IMG/VR virus record: IMGVR_UViG_3300009181_007169
Source of the DNA: an uncultured virus (IMG/VR IMGVR_UViG_3300009181_007169)
Lineage: Duplodnaviria > Heunggongvirae > Uroviricota > Caudoviricetes
Direction: 5' to 3' (one strand)
DNA length: 64,000 nt
How positions within the stretch are numbered: the first letter of the stretch is position 1; each line of letters starts with the position of its first letter. A program made the translations under genes and the position numbers. The notes beneath the pieces are model-generated. The model searched no databases, was not told where the DNA came from, and saw nothing but the letters and a program-made list of their open reading frames with translations. This document shows positions 19,288-29,215 of the stretch, piece by piece.

Positions 19288-19954
19288 GTAAATTAATATA
19301 CGTTGTTATACCGACATTAATTTGCGAATGCGTAGATAAATAAACTTGATATGTTTCATTGGATTTTTTACGAATTCTCATAAGAGCATTATCTACTGTT
19401 TTTGGTTTTACATCAAGTGCTTTAGCAATATCTTTGTATGAAGAATTAAACGCATACTGTGTGAAAATAGACATTTCAAGTTTAGTTAGTTTGTCTGAAA
19501 TTAATTCTAGATTGGTATCAAATTCTTCTTGAATAATAAAGTTCTCAAGTAAATCCGAATTATGATCAGGTATGTAGTCAGCATAAGTTTGAACTCCATC
19601 TTCTTCGTTTTGAGACACAGGCGCGCTCAAACTTACTGCTTCATTTTGTAATTTAAATTTCTGAGTATTGGCATGCGACATTGCAGTAATTAAATGCCTT
19701 TTACAACATAAACTTAAACTAAAGTTTTTAAAAGTCATCCCCATTGAATCATCAAAATCTTTCACTGCTTTCCAAACACCAATTCGACATTCTTGAATTA
19801 CATCATTTTCATCGCTTCCTACGATGTAATATTTATGGGCTAATTTTTTGATGTCTGAGTCGAGAATTTCTAAAATTTGATCAAATGACCTTTGATCACC
19901 ATTTTTAGCTTTAACGACAAGAGCGTGAAGAATTTGATCTGTTTCAACCATCAA
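19232..19954 (-). CDS. sigH: SigH-like sigma factor
   Basis: YYIVGSDENDVIQECRIGVWKAVKDFD...FKNFSLSLCCKRHLITA...QKFKLQNEAVSL...SYKDIAKALDVKPKTVDNALMRIRKK closely follows the sigma-H pattern; likely start ATG 19951. Confidence 0.85.
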   Translation of the reverse strand: MMVETDQILHALVVKAKNGDQRSFDQILEILDSDIKKLAHKYYIVGSDENDVIQECRIGVWKAVKDFDDSMGMTFKNFSLSLCCKRHLITAMSHANTQKFKLQNEAVSLSAPVSQNEEDGVQTYADYIPDHNSDLLENFIIQEEFDTNLELISDKLTKLEMSIFTQYAFNSSYKDIAKALDVKPKTVDNALMRIRKKSNETYQVYLSTHSQINVGITTYINLHESEIIQEFIGISTFSVF

Positions 19955-19981
19955 ATGTATTTTACAAATAAAATCTGTAAA

Positions 19982-20959
19982 TCACATTTTTTCTATTGCT
20001 TTTAATACGTTTATTTTTGAAATAAGTTTTATATTTTGCAAAATTTTAAAATCTTTCAAAATATCCGTGACACAATCTGCTATGATTAAAAGTTTTTTGC
20101 CTTCAAATTGACAATTTGCTGCATTTTCAACACGTAAAAGAATTTGATCTGCAATAAAATCAGCATACTTATTCATTAAACTATTTGGGTCTATTGAGCT
20201 ATTAAATATTTCTTCCATTAAAATTAAACTTTGATTTTTATTTTTTTCACAAATAAATTTTGTTAAATTCAAGAAATTTTTCTCACTAGATGTCCCAACA
20301 ATTTGAGCTACAGAATCTGGATTTTCTAAAACAGAGGAACATTGTTCTAAAAGGTTAATAGCAGACCTTGCAGAGCCATCTGCACAAGTTGCAATCAACT
20401 TCAGTGATTCAGAATTGTGTGTGAAGTTTTCACCTTTACAAATGTCTTCTAAAATTTTAATTAAAGACTTTTCATTTAATTTAATAAAAGGTGTCATTTG
20501 ACATCGTGATCTAATCGCTGGTAATACTTTATTAACTTCTGTAGTACAGAAGAAAAACTTTACATGGCTTGGTGGTTCCTCTACTGTTTTTAATAGAGCA
20601 TTCTGGGATTGTGTTGTTAGCATATGACATTCATCAAAAACAATAAACTTAACATCACTTTGTATCGGCATGGTGTTCACTTTGTCAGTAACAATATTTC
20701 TTATATCATCAACTCCATTATTGACGGCACAGTTTATCTCAATGTAATCAGGATGAGTGCCTGATATGGCTAAATGTTTGTGTTCATTATTTAAAAACTC
20801 AGCCATACACAATCTAGCTGTTGATGTTTTTCCAGTACCAGGTGAACCAAAAAACATATAAGCATGGTGACTAAGTGAACTCTTTTCAAAACCTTTATTG
20901 AATTTACTTTGAACTAAATTATTAAAAGATTTTGGGCGATATTTATTATATAGAGTCAT
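19982..20959 (-). CDS. dnaX: Clamp loader ATPase (DnaX gamma/tau-like)
   Basis: MTLYNKYRPK, GSPGTGKTS, FDECHML, NALLKTVEEPP, SRC. Confidence 0.9.
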   Translation of the reverse strand: MTLYNKYRPKSFNNLVQSKFNKGFEKSSLSHHAYMFFGSPGTGKTSTARLCMAEFLNNEHKHLAISGTHPDYIEINCAVNNGVDDIRNIVTDKVNTMPIQSDVKFIVFDECHMLTTQSQNALLKTVEEPPSHVKFFFCTTEVNKVLPAIRSRCQMTPFIKLNEKSLIKILEDICKGENFTHNSESLKLIATCADGSARSAINLLEQCSSVLENPDSVAQIVGTSSEKNFLNLTKFICEKNKNQSLILMEEIFNSSIDPNSLMNKYADFIADQILLRVENAANCQFEGKKLLIIADCVTDILKDFKILQNIKLISKINVLKAIEKM

Positions 20960-21434
20960 CTTCCTCCAAAGCAAAAACAATTGTTTCATCACCTAGCAAT
21001 GAAGGTAAATGCCCATTTTCTCTCCATGAAAAAGTTTCACCAATGTCTTCTAAAGTTTTCAAAAACCTACTAAACTCGTGAACATTTTTTCTTCTTAGTT
21101 TACCATCCATAGTTGGGTGGCAAGAATATAAACACTCAATCATAATCCATTCTTGTTGAGAACCAAGAGTTTTTTGATAAAAGTCATAAGACATTGAGAT
21201 GCAATATACTTTAGGTTCTTCTGTCGTGCTTTTAGTATGTTTTATCCAATCGTTTTTTAATCCCTGAATTGCATAAGAAAAATTTGCATCAACATCTCCC
21301 CCTTTAAAAGCAAAAAATATTTTGTCTATTTCAACATAGCCAACAACATTAATGTATTTTGCTTTTAAATCTTCAGCCAATTTTTTAAGTTCTTTAGATT
21401 CTGTATAGTGAATTTCTTTAGGCATTGCCAACAT
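20946..21434 (-). CDS. Phage metallopeptidase-like protein with degenerate HExxH
   Basis: IMIECLYSCH...KLRRKNVHEF resembles the LxxHELxH...KLRxHDVEEF pattern. Confidence 0.4.
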   Translation of the reverse strand: MLAMPKEIHYTESKELKKLAEDLKAKYINVVGYVEIDKIFFAFKGGDVDANFSYAIQGLKNDWIKHTKSTTEEPKVYCISMSYDFYQKTLGSQQEWIMIECLYSCHPTMDGKLRRKNVHEFSRFLKTLEDIGETFSWRENGHLPSLLGDETIVFALEEDDSI

Positions 21435-21873
21435 CTCCTCTTCTAATCATTTTTTGAGTTTCTTCGATTGTATCCAAAATATCACGTTCTATTTCTAAAT
21501 TTCTAATAACTGCATTAGATTCTGTAAATTTTTCAGGATATCTAGCTTTTAACTTTGCAATGTTTGTTTCTTTGATTGAGTTTTCTAGCTCAGCAGGATC
21601 TCTGTCCATAAGTTCAGCTAAGCATGTAACGCACAAAGCCAAATACCAAAATACGTCACCACATTCTTCAGCTAAGTTAACTAAATCAAGTTCTTTACCA
21701 TAAACAATGTGTTTTTTTAATTGATCCATTAGCTCACCAGCTTCTGTAACAATCCCTTTTAATGCATGTTCAAGGCGCATTATATTTGGCTGTTCATATC
21801 TTTTCGCAATTATTTTGTATTGCTCTGGAGAGGGATCTGTTCGTAATGCTAATTCAATGTAATTATCCATCAA
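21418..21873 (-). CDS. MazG-like nucleotide pyrophosphohydrolase
   Basis: GIVTEAGELMDQLKK...EECGDVFWY...NIAKLKARYP. Confidence 0.85.
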   Translation of the reverse strand: MMDNYIELALRTDPSPEQYKIIAKRYEQPNIMRLEHALKGIVTEAGELMDQLKKHIVYGKELDLVNLAEECGDVFWYLALCVTCLAELMDRDPAELENSIKETNIAKLKARYPEKFTESNAVIRNLEIERDILDTIEETQKMIRRGDVGNA

Positions 21874-22265
21874 TTAATTTTACGATTTGAATTAGCGTTT
21901 TGATATACTTTTTTTCTGTTTCTTCTTTTTCTTTTTCTTTTTGCTGGTTGACTATCTTTTAGAATATCGTTGACAGTAACTTCTGTTGATGAAACAGGAA
22001 CCATTAATCTTAACGGATCCTGTCTATCTCTAAGTAAAAGAGAAATATCAATTAATTGTTTGCTTGTGAGTGGTGAAGAGGAACGCACAATTTTTCTCAA
22101 GTCTTCTTCTGACAATGTAGTTTGAAACACTACGAAAGTTTCAACATCTTGAAGTAAAAGTTTGAGAGTTTGAACAAATTTTGGATTGTCTTTATCTCCA
22201 AGCTCTTGTTCAACTTGTGCGTCTAATATTTTTACTACTTTCGATTCATACTGTGGTGTATTCAT
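21870..22265 (-). CDS. Hypothetical protein with basic C-terminus
   Basis: 131 aa; AAGGA SD. Confidence 0.55.
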   Translation of the reverse strand: MNTPQYESKVVKILDAQVEQELGDKDNPKFVQTLKLLLQDVETFVVFQTTLSEEDLRKIVRSSSPLTSKQLIDISLLLRDRQDPLRLMVPVSSTEVTVNDILKDSQPAKRKRKRRNRKKVYQNANSNRKIN

Positions 22266-22273
22266 TTTTTCCT

Positions 22274-23923
22274 TTAAGATTCACAACTAACACAATTTAA
22301 AATATTTCTAGCTAACTCCTGACTAGGATTTGTACCTCGTTGATAATACAAGGTCTTTATGCCTTGCTCCCATGCGAATAGCATCAATTCATTAACATCT
22401 TTTAATGGAGTGTTCGGATGTATCATCAAATTCAAGCTTTGGCTTTGATCAATATATTTTTGACGAGCAGCAGCTTGAATAACGATTTCTTTTTGTGAAA
22501 TTTCTCCAAAAGTTTTGAAAACCATTTTTTCATGCTCACTTAAAAAATCAAGATGCTGAACTGATCCTCCATGTGTTAGAACTGATTTCCATGTTTGATT
22601 ATCATCTTTTTCGTATTTTTGTAACACTTCTTTAAGGTAAGGGTTTCTGTAAGTAAATTTACCTTTAGCTAAATCCTTAACAAAGTAGTTTGAATTTAAA
22701 GGCTCAATACTTGGAGATACCTGACCTAAAATGAATGACGAAGACGTAGTGGGAGCAATTGCAACAAGTGTTGAATTACGCATGCCATATCCTTTAAGCA
22801 TAGCTGGTTCACCATATAAAGATGCCATTCTCTGTGAGGCTTGCTTTGTTTTTTCTTCAATAAACTTCCAGATTTGAACATTTTTAATTTTTGCCTCAAG
22901 TGATTCAAAAGCAATTGATTTGCTCTGTAAATAGGAATGCCATCCTAGCCCTCCCGTACCAAGAGCCCTGTGGTTTTTTGCAAAATTATGGGCTTTATTC
23001 ATGAAAGGTAAATTCTTGGTTTTTTCAATGTACTCTTCCATCACAGCATCTAAGAAAAAAGTAAGAATTTCCACAGCATCAGTGTTTTTCCATTCATCAT
23101 AAAATAGCAAGTTCATGGATGACAAATCACAAACGAATGAATTGTTTGTGTCTGCTGGAAGACAGATTTCTGAGCACAAATTTGACGCATGGATTTTTAT
23201 TCCTTTATCTCTGTACCATATTGGGGCATTTTTGTTCACTGTGTCAGTCCAAAAAATATAAGGATATCCTGTTTCAAATCTTTTTTTGATAATTCTAGCC
23301 CACAATTTGCGTTTCTCTTTGTCTCCAGATTTCATGCTTTCCATCCACTCATCTGTGATTGTGACACCTATACTCATGTCTTGGATAGGGTTTCCATTTT
23401 CTCTGATTTCAAGAAATTCATATATATCTGAACCCTCCACTGGATAATACGCGGCGAATGAACCTCTTCTTACGTTCGATTGACTAACAATTCTTGTCGT
23501 TGTGTCATACATTTGCATGAAGTGAACAGCACCAAATGATTGACCACCAGCTGAAATATCAGTACCACGACCTCGCAAAGCACCAAAATAAGCTGATGTT
23601 CCAGCGCCATACTTGGTCATCATTCCCGTTTCGCTATTATTGTATAGAATATCATCCATTGAATCATCAATGAATTGACCATTGCAGCTTATTGGCAAGC
23701 CTCTTGTTTCGCCATAATTACTCCAAACAGGAGAAGCAAGAGAATAAAATCCTCTTGACAAATAATCTTCAAATTTTTCTTTAAATTCAGGAATTTTAGA
23801 AAGGTATTTGCTTGCTGTTTCAATAATAACTTGGATTCTTTCTTCAGCGGAAACACCTTCTCTAAGATAACCACGAGCTAAAAATGTGCGCGAATCTTCA
23901 TTCAACCAGTCCATGTTTCTCAT
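22274..23923 (-). CDS. nrdA: Ribonucleotide reductase class I alpha subunit (no ATP cone)
   Basis: LPISC, SNLCSEI, APTTSSS, KTLYY, C-terminal CVSCES. Confidence 0.95.
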   Translation of the reverse strand: MRNMDWLNEDSRTFLARGYLREGVSAEERIQVIIETASKYLSKIPEFKEKFEDYLSRGFYSLASPVWSNYGETRGLPISCNGQFIDDSMDDILYNNSETGMMTKYGAGTSAYFGALRGRGTDISAGGQSFGAVHFMQMYDTTTRIVSQSNVRRGSFAAYYPVEGSDIYEFLEIRENGNPIQDMSIGVTITDEWMESMKSGDKEKRKLWARIIKKRFETGYPYIFWTDTVNKNAPIWYRDKGIKIHASNLCSEICLPADTNNSFVCDLSSMNLLFYDEWKNTDAVEILTFFLDAVMEEYIEKTKNLPFMNKAHNFAKNHRALGTGGLGWHSYLQSKSIAFESLEAKIKNVQIWKFIEEKTKQASQRMASLYGEPAMLKGYGMRNSTLVAIAPTTSSSFILGQVSPSIEPLNSNYFVKDLAKGKFTYRNPYLKEVLQKYEKDDNQTWKSVLTHGGSVQHLDFLSEHEKMVFKTFGEISQKEIVIQAAARQKYIDQSQSLNLMIHPNTPLKDVNELMLFAWEQGIKTLYYQRGTNPSQELARNILNCVSCES

Positions 23924-24897
23924 CAGAACAAATCCTCCGCATCATAGCTCTTGTTGCCTTTTGAATAATTTACAGGACGAGCATAAAAGAAATCGGTGTT
24001 GGTGTTACCTAAGACATCTTCATCAAACCATTCCGTGTCTTTGGAAAGGTTTTCGTCTAAATCATCAAAAACTTCTGCAAATCCAATTGCTTTCAAAGAT
24101 TGATTGAGTCTGTCCTTGACAAAATTCTTTAGATGATCTGGAGTTAACTTATCACCCCTATAATCACCCAAAATCCAATCCACGATTTTAGCTTCGCATT
24201 CAAAGGCTTCTACAGTTTCATCAAGAATTTTTTTTTCAAATTCTTCATCAAAGAGCTCTGGATATTCTTCTCTAAGTGTGTTTATTAATTTGATTCCAAC
24301 TAGCGCGTGAATAGTTTCTTCTTTAGCTGTGTACGCCACTTGTTGAGCCGTATCTTTAAGGACATTTTTATATCTATTAAACCAATTAATAATGTAAAAT
24401 TGAGAAAAGAGAGAAACATTTTCAACAAATAAAGTAAATAAAACTAATGCATAAAGATATTGTTTTTTAGAATTTTCATAATATCTGTGTGTGTACTTGC
24501 GAAGATATTTTACTCTTCCTTTAATTATATCAAGCTTAAGGTTTTCTTCAAACACATCATCTAAATTTAGAACATTCAAAAGTTTTTCATAAGCAATATT
24601 GTGAATAACTTCAACATGGCTCATAACCATACCAAGATCATTAATACTTGGATGCGGAAAATTATCACCAACTTTTGACCAAAATTTTTTGACTGCCACT
24701 TCTATTTGCGCGATGGCAGAAAGATCATTTTTAATCACTTCTCGTTCTTCATCTGTAAGAATAACTTTATAATCATGCAAATCGCTTTGAAAATTAAATT
24801 CTTTGGCAGTCCAGTGACCTTCTTCCATTACATCGATAAAATCCTCTGTCCAAGGATATAAGTTTGGTTTTCGCGATAATTGTTCTTCAAATAGCAT
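23923..24897 (-). CDS. nrdB: Ribonucleotide reductase class I beta subunit
   Basis: EVIHNIAY, ENVSLFSQF, EETIH, TDFF; likely start MLFEEQ. Confidence 0.95.
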   Translation of the reverse strand: MLFEEQLSRKPNLYPWTEDFIDVMEEGHWTAKEFNFQSDLHDYKVILTDEEREVIKNDLSAIAQIEVAVKKFWSKVGDNFPHPSINDLGMVMSHVEVIHNIAYEKLLNVLNLDDVFEENLKLDIIKGRVKYLRKYTHRYYENSKKQYLYALVLFTLFVENVSLFSQFYIINWFNRYKNVLKDTAQQVAYTAKEETIHALVGIKLINTLREEYPELFDEEFEKKILDETVEAFECEAKIVDWILGDYRGDKLTPDHLKNFVKDRLNQSLKAIGFAEVFDDLDENLSKDTEWFDEDVLGNTNTDFFYARPVNYSKGNKSYDAEDLF

Positions 24898-24994
24898 AAT
24901 TTTTTTCCGTCCTTGCAACTTTTAGAGTATTTTTAGTGTTTTGAACAAGGTCTTTTTTTTTCATTTTATACTCTATATACTCTCAAAACTGCAG

Positions 24995-25387
24995 TTAAAT
25001 TTTGTAATTATTAAAAGTTCCGCAAATTTTGCAACTATACCAATAAAGGTCAGAATGCTCATATTCACAAACTTCACAGAACAAAAAAGCTGCGGCTGTA
25101 AATTGCTTTATATGCCTGCAGCAAGATTGTTCATTACGAAGAGAAACTCGATTTTTTTTTAAAAAATTCAATAATCTCTTTCTTATCTTATCTTCTCGAA
25201 TTGGCAGGATAGAGCCTACAAATTTTACTCTTTTTTGAATAGAATTTTGGATAATTTCTCGTTCCAAAATTGGTAAATTTTGCTCTGAATTTTCGGGGTT
25301 ATTTCCTGCTAAATTTAAAGAAAATTTACTGATAATTTTACCAATTATAGTGTGTACTTTATTGGAATTCCGAAAATTCTTGTGCAT
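24995..25387 (-). CDS. Hypothetical zinc-ribbon protein
   Basis: C-terminal FCEVC...SCKICG. Confidence 0.45.
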   Translation of the reverse strand: MHKNFRNSNKVHTIIGKIISKFSLNLAGNNPENSEQNLPILEREIIQNSIQKRVKFVGSILPIREDKIRKRLLNFLKKNRVSLRNEQSCCRHIKQFTAAAFLFCEVCEYEHSDLYWYSCKICGTFNNYKI

Positions 25388-25764
25388 ATTCCTTTAGTTT
25401 TTTTATTTGCGACTATTGCATCATATTTTGATTGTCTACATACTAAAACAGCCCCATTGGTTCTACTTTCTACTTCACTAGAAGCAAGCCTGAATGCCTC
25501 CATCACAATTACTAAAGCGTTTGGACCAACAGATAGAACTCTCACATATTCGTTCTTGCCCAGTACATGCAAAATTGCTCTGGAAAGAGCAACCGGGCAT
25601 GTAGGTTTTTTATTCGGTTTTTCAGGATCGAATACACCTCCCCTTACTTTTAAAGTGAAGGTATCATCTGGAAAAACAAATTTTTCATCTGCTTCATTGT
25701 TGTTTTCAATCATTACGTTTTTTTCATTAAGTTCAATATCATCGCTCATAACCATAGCCTCCAA
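25345..25764 (-). CDS. spoVS: SpoVS family protein
   Basis: LKV...PVALSRAILHVL...VRVLSVGPNALVIVMEAFRLA parallels SpoVS LKVS...PNSVAGAL...EIQAIGAGALNQAVKA. Confidence 0.7.
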   Translation of the reverse strand: MEAMVMSDDIELNEKNVMIENNNEADEKFVFPDDTFTLKVRGGVFDPEKPNKKPTCPVALSRAILHVLGKNEYVRVLSVGPNALVIVMEAFRLASSEVESRTNGAVLVCRQSKYDAIVANKKTKGICTRIFGIPIKYTL

Positions 25765-26650
25765 TTGTTTCTTTTAAATTCTCCATAGCAGACTCCCATT
25801 CATCTTTTGTACATTTATATTTGTCTGGTTTATAAACTAAGTTGGTATCGCCATTTAAAATTTGTTCTATAATGGTTTTTTGCAAATGATCTAAGTCTAA
25901 TAGAAGCAATTTATTTATTAAACTATCTTTAGATTCTGTCAGTTCATAAACATCAAACTCTTCAGAATTATCTTCCTGATAAACAGAAGTAATCTTTGGG
26001 GAAATTGTAGAAACTTCCGGGTAGAGATCGTTAAACCTATTGAAAAGCAATGATGTATGCTTAGAGATAAAATGTGCCTTTAAGAGTTGAGTAACTTTGT
26101 TACGATCAGTGTTTGATTTAGCTATTTTGAAATTTGTACACAACGGGCAAGTTGTTAAACTATCAAGATCAATTCCCATATCATTTAAACATTCCCACAA
26201 TAAATTAGAATGACATGTAATTAAGTGAGTAGAAATAGGGTTAACCCAATCAAAGCAAATTGGACATTGTTTGGTTAAATTCCTTTTAGCAGCTTGATCA
26301 GATTTTACTAAATTAATATAATTATGATAAAGTGAACCAATAAAATAGTTTTTAAACTCTCCACTGCCATCATATCTGGATTGCTTTCTTTGATTTCTAG
26401 GTTTCCAACCTAACAATACAGTGGCGAAAACTCTTAAATAATCTGCTACAAAATCTTCTTGTGAATCAAAAAGATATTTGTACTTATCGTACCATTCATG
26501 ATAAAAATCTAATGGATTATACAAGCTAACAATATACTTGTATGCTGATTCTATTTCAATAGAATTGCCTTTTTCTGCCACTTTTTGGTATTTTAATACC
26601 GCTTCTTCGAGTCTACTTTGATATTCTGAATTTATAACATCCCCTTTCAT
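25739..26650 (-). CDS. Sigma-factor-like protein with two C2H2-type zinc fingers
   Basis: Region-2-like SQEDFVADYL...GEFKNYFIGSLYHNYINLVK; CPIC...THLITCH; CPLC...AHFISKH. Confidence 0.45.
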   Translation of the reverse strand: MKGDVINSEYQSRLEEAVLKYQKVAEKGNSIEIESAYKYIVSLYNPLDFYHEWYDKYKYLFDSQEDFVADYLRVFATVLLGWKPRNQRKQSRYDGSGEFKNYFIGSLYHNYINLVKSDQAAKRNLTKQCPICFDWVNPISTHLITCHSNLLWECLNDMGIDLDSLTTCPLCTNFKIAKSNTDRNKVTQLLKAHFISKHTSLLFNRFNDLYPEVSTISPKITSVYQEDNSEEFDVYELTESKDSLINKLLLLDLDHLQKTIIEQILNGDTNLVYKPDKYKCTKDEWESAMENLKETIGGYGYER

Positions 26651-26662
26651 GCTTTCCTTTGA

Positions 26663-26730
26663 AACACAAATTCTTTTGTGTTAATTTAGTTCAATGGTCT
26701 GCTAAGGGAGACGAACTATATAAATATACG
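26663..26730 (-). promoter_or_regulatory. CGTATA promoter followed by a two-hairpin 5' UTR
   Basis: TAGTTC-GTCT...AGAC-catt-GAACTA and AACACAAA-agaa-TTTGTGTT just before an AAGGA SD. Confidence 0.45.
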
Positions 26731-26747
26731 CATAAAAAATTTAAAAG

Positions 26748-28493
26748 TTACTCAGAAAATTTCAAATCAACAATTTGTAGATAAAATTTTGAACCAAAAC
26801 CTCTAGTTTCTTTTCCAAATGTAAATAAAACATCAATATATTGATCAACATAATTGTCTTTATAATCAGCGGCTTTATGCCAAAGAAGACCAGAAAGCTT
26901 TTTATACTTAAATCTGTCATGTTGCAAGAGAAATTTTAAATGCTTATCGCTTGAAAGCAATTTTTGCTCAAGAACTTTAACTTTATTTAACCAGAAAATA
27001 GGTTCTGTATGACCAGATCCAAATGGAGCTAATCCTTGCAAAGCTTCAAAAGTATCATCATTAACTTCTCCAGCGGCAATATAAGAATCTGCAAAGAAAA
27101 TTCTATTACCTGGAGCAAAATCTGGATTTAATTCAGATAATACTTCACACACTGAATCTCTAAAAGCTAAAAGATTTTTTTCAGGCACTTCCATGCCAGC
27201 GGCAAAAGCGTGTCCACCCACAACTGGTGTTCCATCTATCTTTTTTGAATAATGTTCTAAAACTTTTTTGTGCTTTAAGATATTTAAAATGTTGACTGAT
27301 TTTGTTGATCTACATGAGCCTTTAGCTTTACCTTCATCATTTAAAGCTAAAACAATAGCTGGTCTATGGTACTTTTCTGCTAATTTACCAGAAACTAAAC
27401 CAATCAAACCAGGATGCCATGCTTTTGCCCAGCAAACAATAGCTGACATTTCATAAAGTTTCTGCTCTTCAACCATATCAATTGCTTCTTGAACCATATG
27501 TTCTTGCTTTGATTGTCTTCTTTTGTTAGCTGTGTCTAACTGATTGGCTAAAAACTTTGCTCTTTGCGGGCTTTTTTCTAACATAAGCTCAACTGCAATC
27601 ATAGGATCTGATAATCTCCCTATAGCATTCATTCTTGGTCCAATTTGAAAACCGATTGTAGTTGTGTCAACATTTTTTACTCCAGCTATTTTCAAAATCT
27701 CTTGTATACCAACTTTGTTTGAATTTGATAAAACTTCACAACCTTTATGGACTAATACCCTATTTTCATCAGACATTGGCGCAACATCGGCGACAGTTCC
27801 TAATGCAACAAACTCAATCGTTTCAGCGACAATTCTGTTTAAATCAAAGTTTAACTCCTTTCCAAGCGCAAGCATAAGTTTAAACGCTACAGTTGCTCCA
27901 CAGAGCCCAGAAAAGCCGTATTCAGAATCTAATCTAGCTGGATTCACGACAGCAACACAATCTGGAATCTTCCCATCTTCACTTGGCGAGTGATGATCTG
28001 TAACAATTACATCTATTCCTTGCTCCTTAGCGTAGTCTGCTGTGTCAAAAGCAACAATACCACAGTCTACACTCATTAAAAGAGTGCACTTTTCTTTCAG
28101 ACATTCATCAACAGAATGTCTTTTAATATCATAACCATCATCGAATCTATTAGGAACTTTGTAAATAAAATTTGCTCCAAACATTTGAAAACATGTCACA
28201 ACAATTGAAGTAGAGGTGATTCCGTCAACGTCATAATCTCCCCAAACATAAATTTTTTCTTTAGATTCTATTGCTTTTTTTAATCTAGCTACTGCTTTTG
28301 CACAATCAGGTAAATTTTTAGGGCTTCTAATTAACTTTGAAGGCTTGTCAATAAATTCAATGGCTTTTTCTTTTGTATCAATACTTCTGCCAGCTAAAAT
28401 ATTGGCAACAGGCTTAGGGAGCTCACATTCTTCAGCTAAAGTGGAAGCAATTTCTCTGTTAAACTTTTTTACAATCCATTCTGCATTTGTCAT
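26748..28493 (-). CDS. recJ: ssDNA exonuclease RecJ
   Basis: GDYDVDGITS, VDCG, TDHH, GTVADV, GGHAFAAG. Confidence 0.95.
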   Translation of the reverse strand: MTNAEWIVKKFNREIASTLAEECELPKPVANILAGRSIDTKEKAIEFIDKPSKLIRSPKNLPDCAKAVARLKKAIESKEKIYVWGDYDVDGITSTSIVVTCFQMFGANFIYKVPNRFDDGYDIKRHSVDECLKEKCTLLMSVDCGIVAFDTADYAKEQGIDVIVTDHHSPSEDGKIPDCVAVVNPARLDSEYGFSGLCGATVAFKLMLALGKELNFDLNRIVAETIEFVALGTVADVAPMSDENRVLVHKGCEVLSNSNKVGIQEILKIAGVKNVDTTTIGFQIGPRMNAIGRLSDPMIAVELMLEKSPQRAKFLANQLDTANKRRQSKQEHMVQEAIDMVEEQKLYEMSAIVCWAKAWHPGLIGLVSGKLAEKYHRPAIVLALNDEGKAKGSCRSTKSVNILNILKHKKVLEHYSKKIDGTPVVGGHAFAAGMEVPEKNLLAFRDSVCEVLSELNPDFAPGNRIFFADSYIAAGEVNDDTFEALQGLAPFGSGHTEPIFWLNKVKVLEQKLLSSDKHLKFLLQHDRFKYKKLSGLLWHKAADYKDNYVDQYIDVLFTFGKETRGFGSKFYLQIVDLKFSE

Positions 28494-29215
28494 AATTTAA
28501 TATACACCTCTTCATCAGAATTAGTTATTTCATCAAAAATAATTTGTAGAGTTTGCTCGTCTAAATCATCAGGATCTTTTCCATCAGGCATGTCAATAAC
28601 ATTTGCAAAAATGTTATTAGCTCTGGCTTTGATTATAGTTTTATTTGTGGCATTTTTACCAGCATCATCCCCATCTAGCATTATCAATATTTTATTTGAA
28701 TATCTATAAATTAATTCACACTGCCTATATGTTAAAGAAGTACCACACAATGCAACAACGTTTTTAAATCCCAACTGACACAATCTCATAACATCAAAGT
28801 AGCCTTCTACGATCACACAAAATCCAGTTTCAAAAATGTGTTTTTTTGCTTTATCTAGATTGTATAAATGATGCGCTTTAGTATAAGGCGTGTTTATCCA
28901 TTTAGAGGTTTTCCATTTTAAAAATTTTTCTAAACCTGTTAAATTTGACGTTTTTTCTTGATAAAAATTTTTTACTTCAGTACTATAGTTATCAAGTTTT
29001 CTTCCAGCAAACGCAACATTGTGTCCGTAAACATCGTTAATTGGAACTATAAGTCTTCCATTCAGGAGATCAAAACTAAAACTAGAACAAGATGGGCAAA
29101 AACCTACTTGAAATTCATTAATAGTCTGTTTACAAAAAGATCTGTCCTCAAGATACTTTTTAGCACTTGAGGACAGATCTAGTTCTCTAATGAATTGTTC
29201 AGTCTGAGAATTCAT
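28490..29215 (-). CDS. dnaG: DNA primase catalytic (TOPRIM) core lacking the zinc-binding domain
   Basis: GRLIVPI, FAGR, KWINTP, VEGYFDV, LDGDDAG, KDPDD. Confidence 0.9.
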   Translation of the reverse strand: MNSQTEQFIRELDLSSSAKKYLEDRSFCKQTINEFQVGFCPSCSSFSFDLLNGRLIVPINDVYGHNVAFAGRKLDNYSTEVKNFYQEKTSNLTGLEKFLKWKTSKWINTPYTKAHHLYNLDKAKKHIFETGFCVIVEGYFDVMRLCQLGFKNVVALCGTSLTYRQCELIYRYSNKILIMLDGDDAGKNATNKTIIKARANNIFANVIDMPDGKDPDDLDEQTLQIIFDEITNSDEEVYIKL

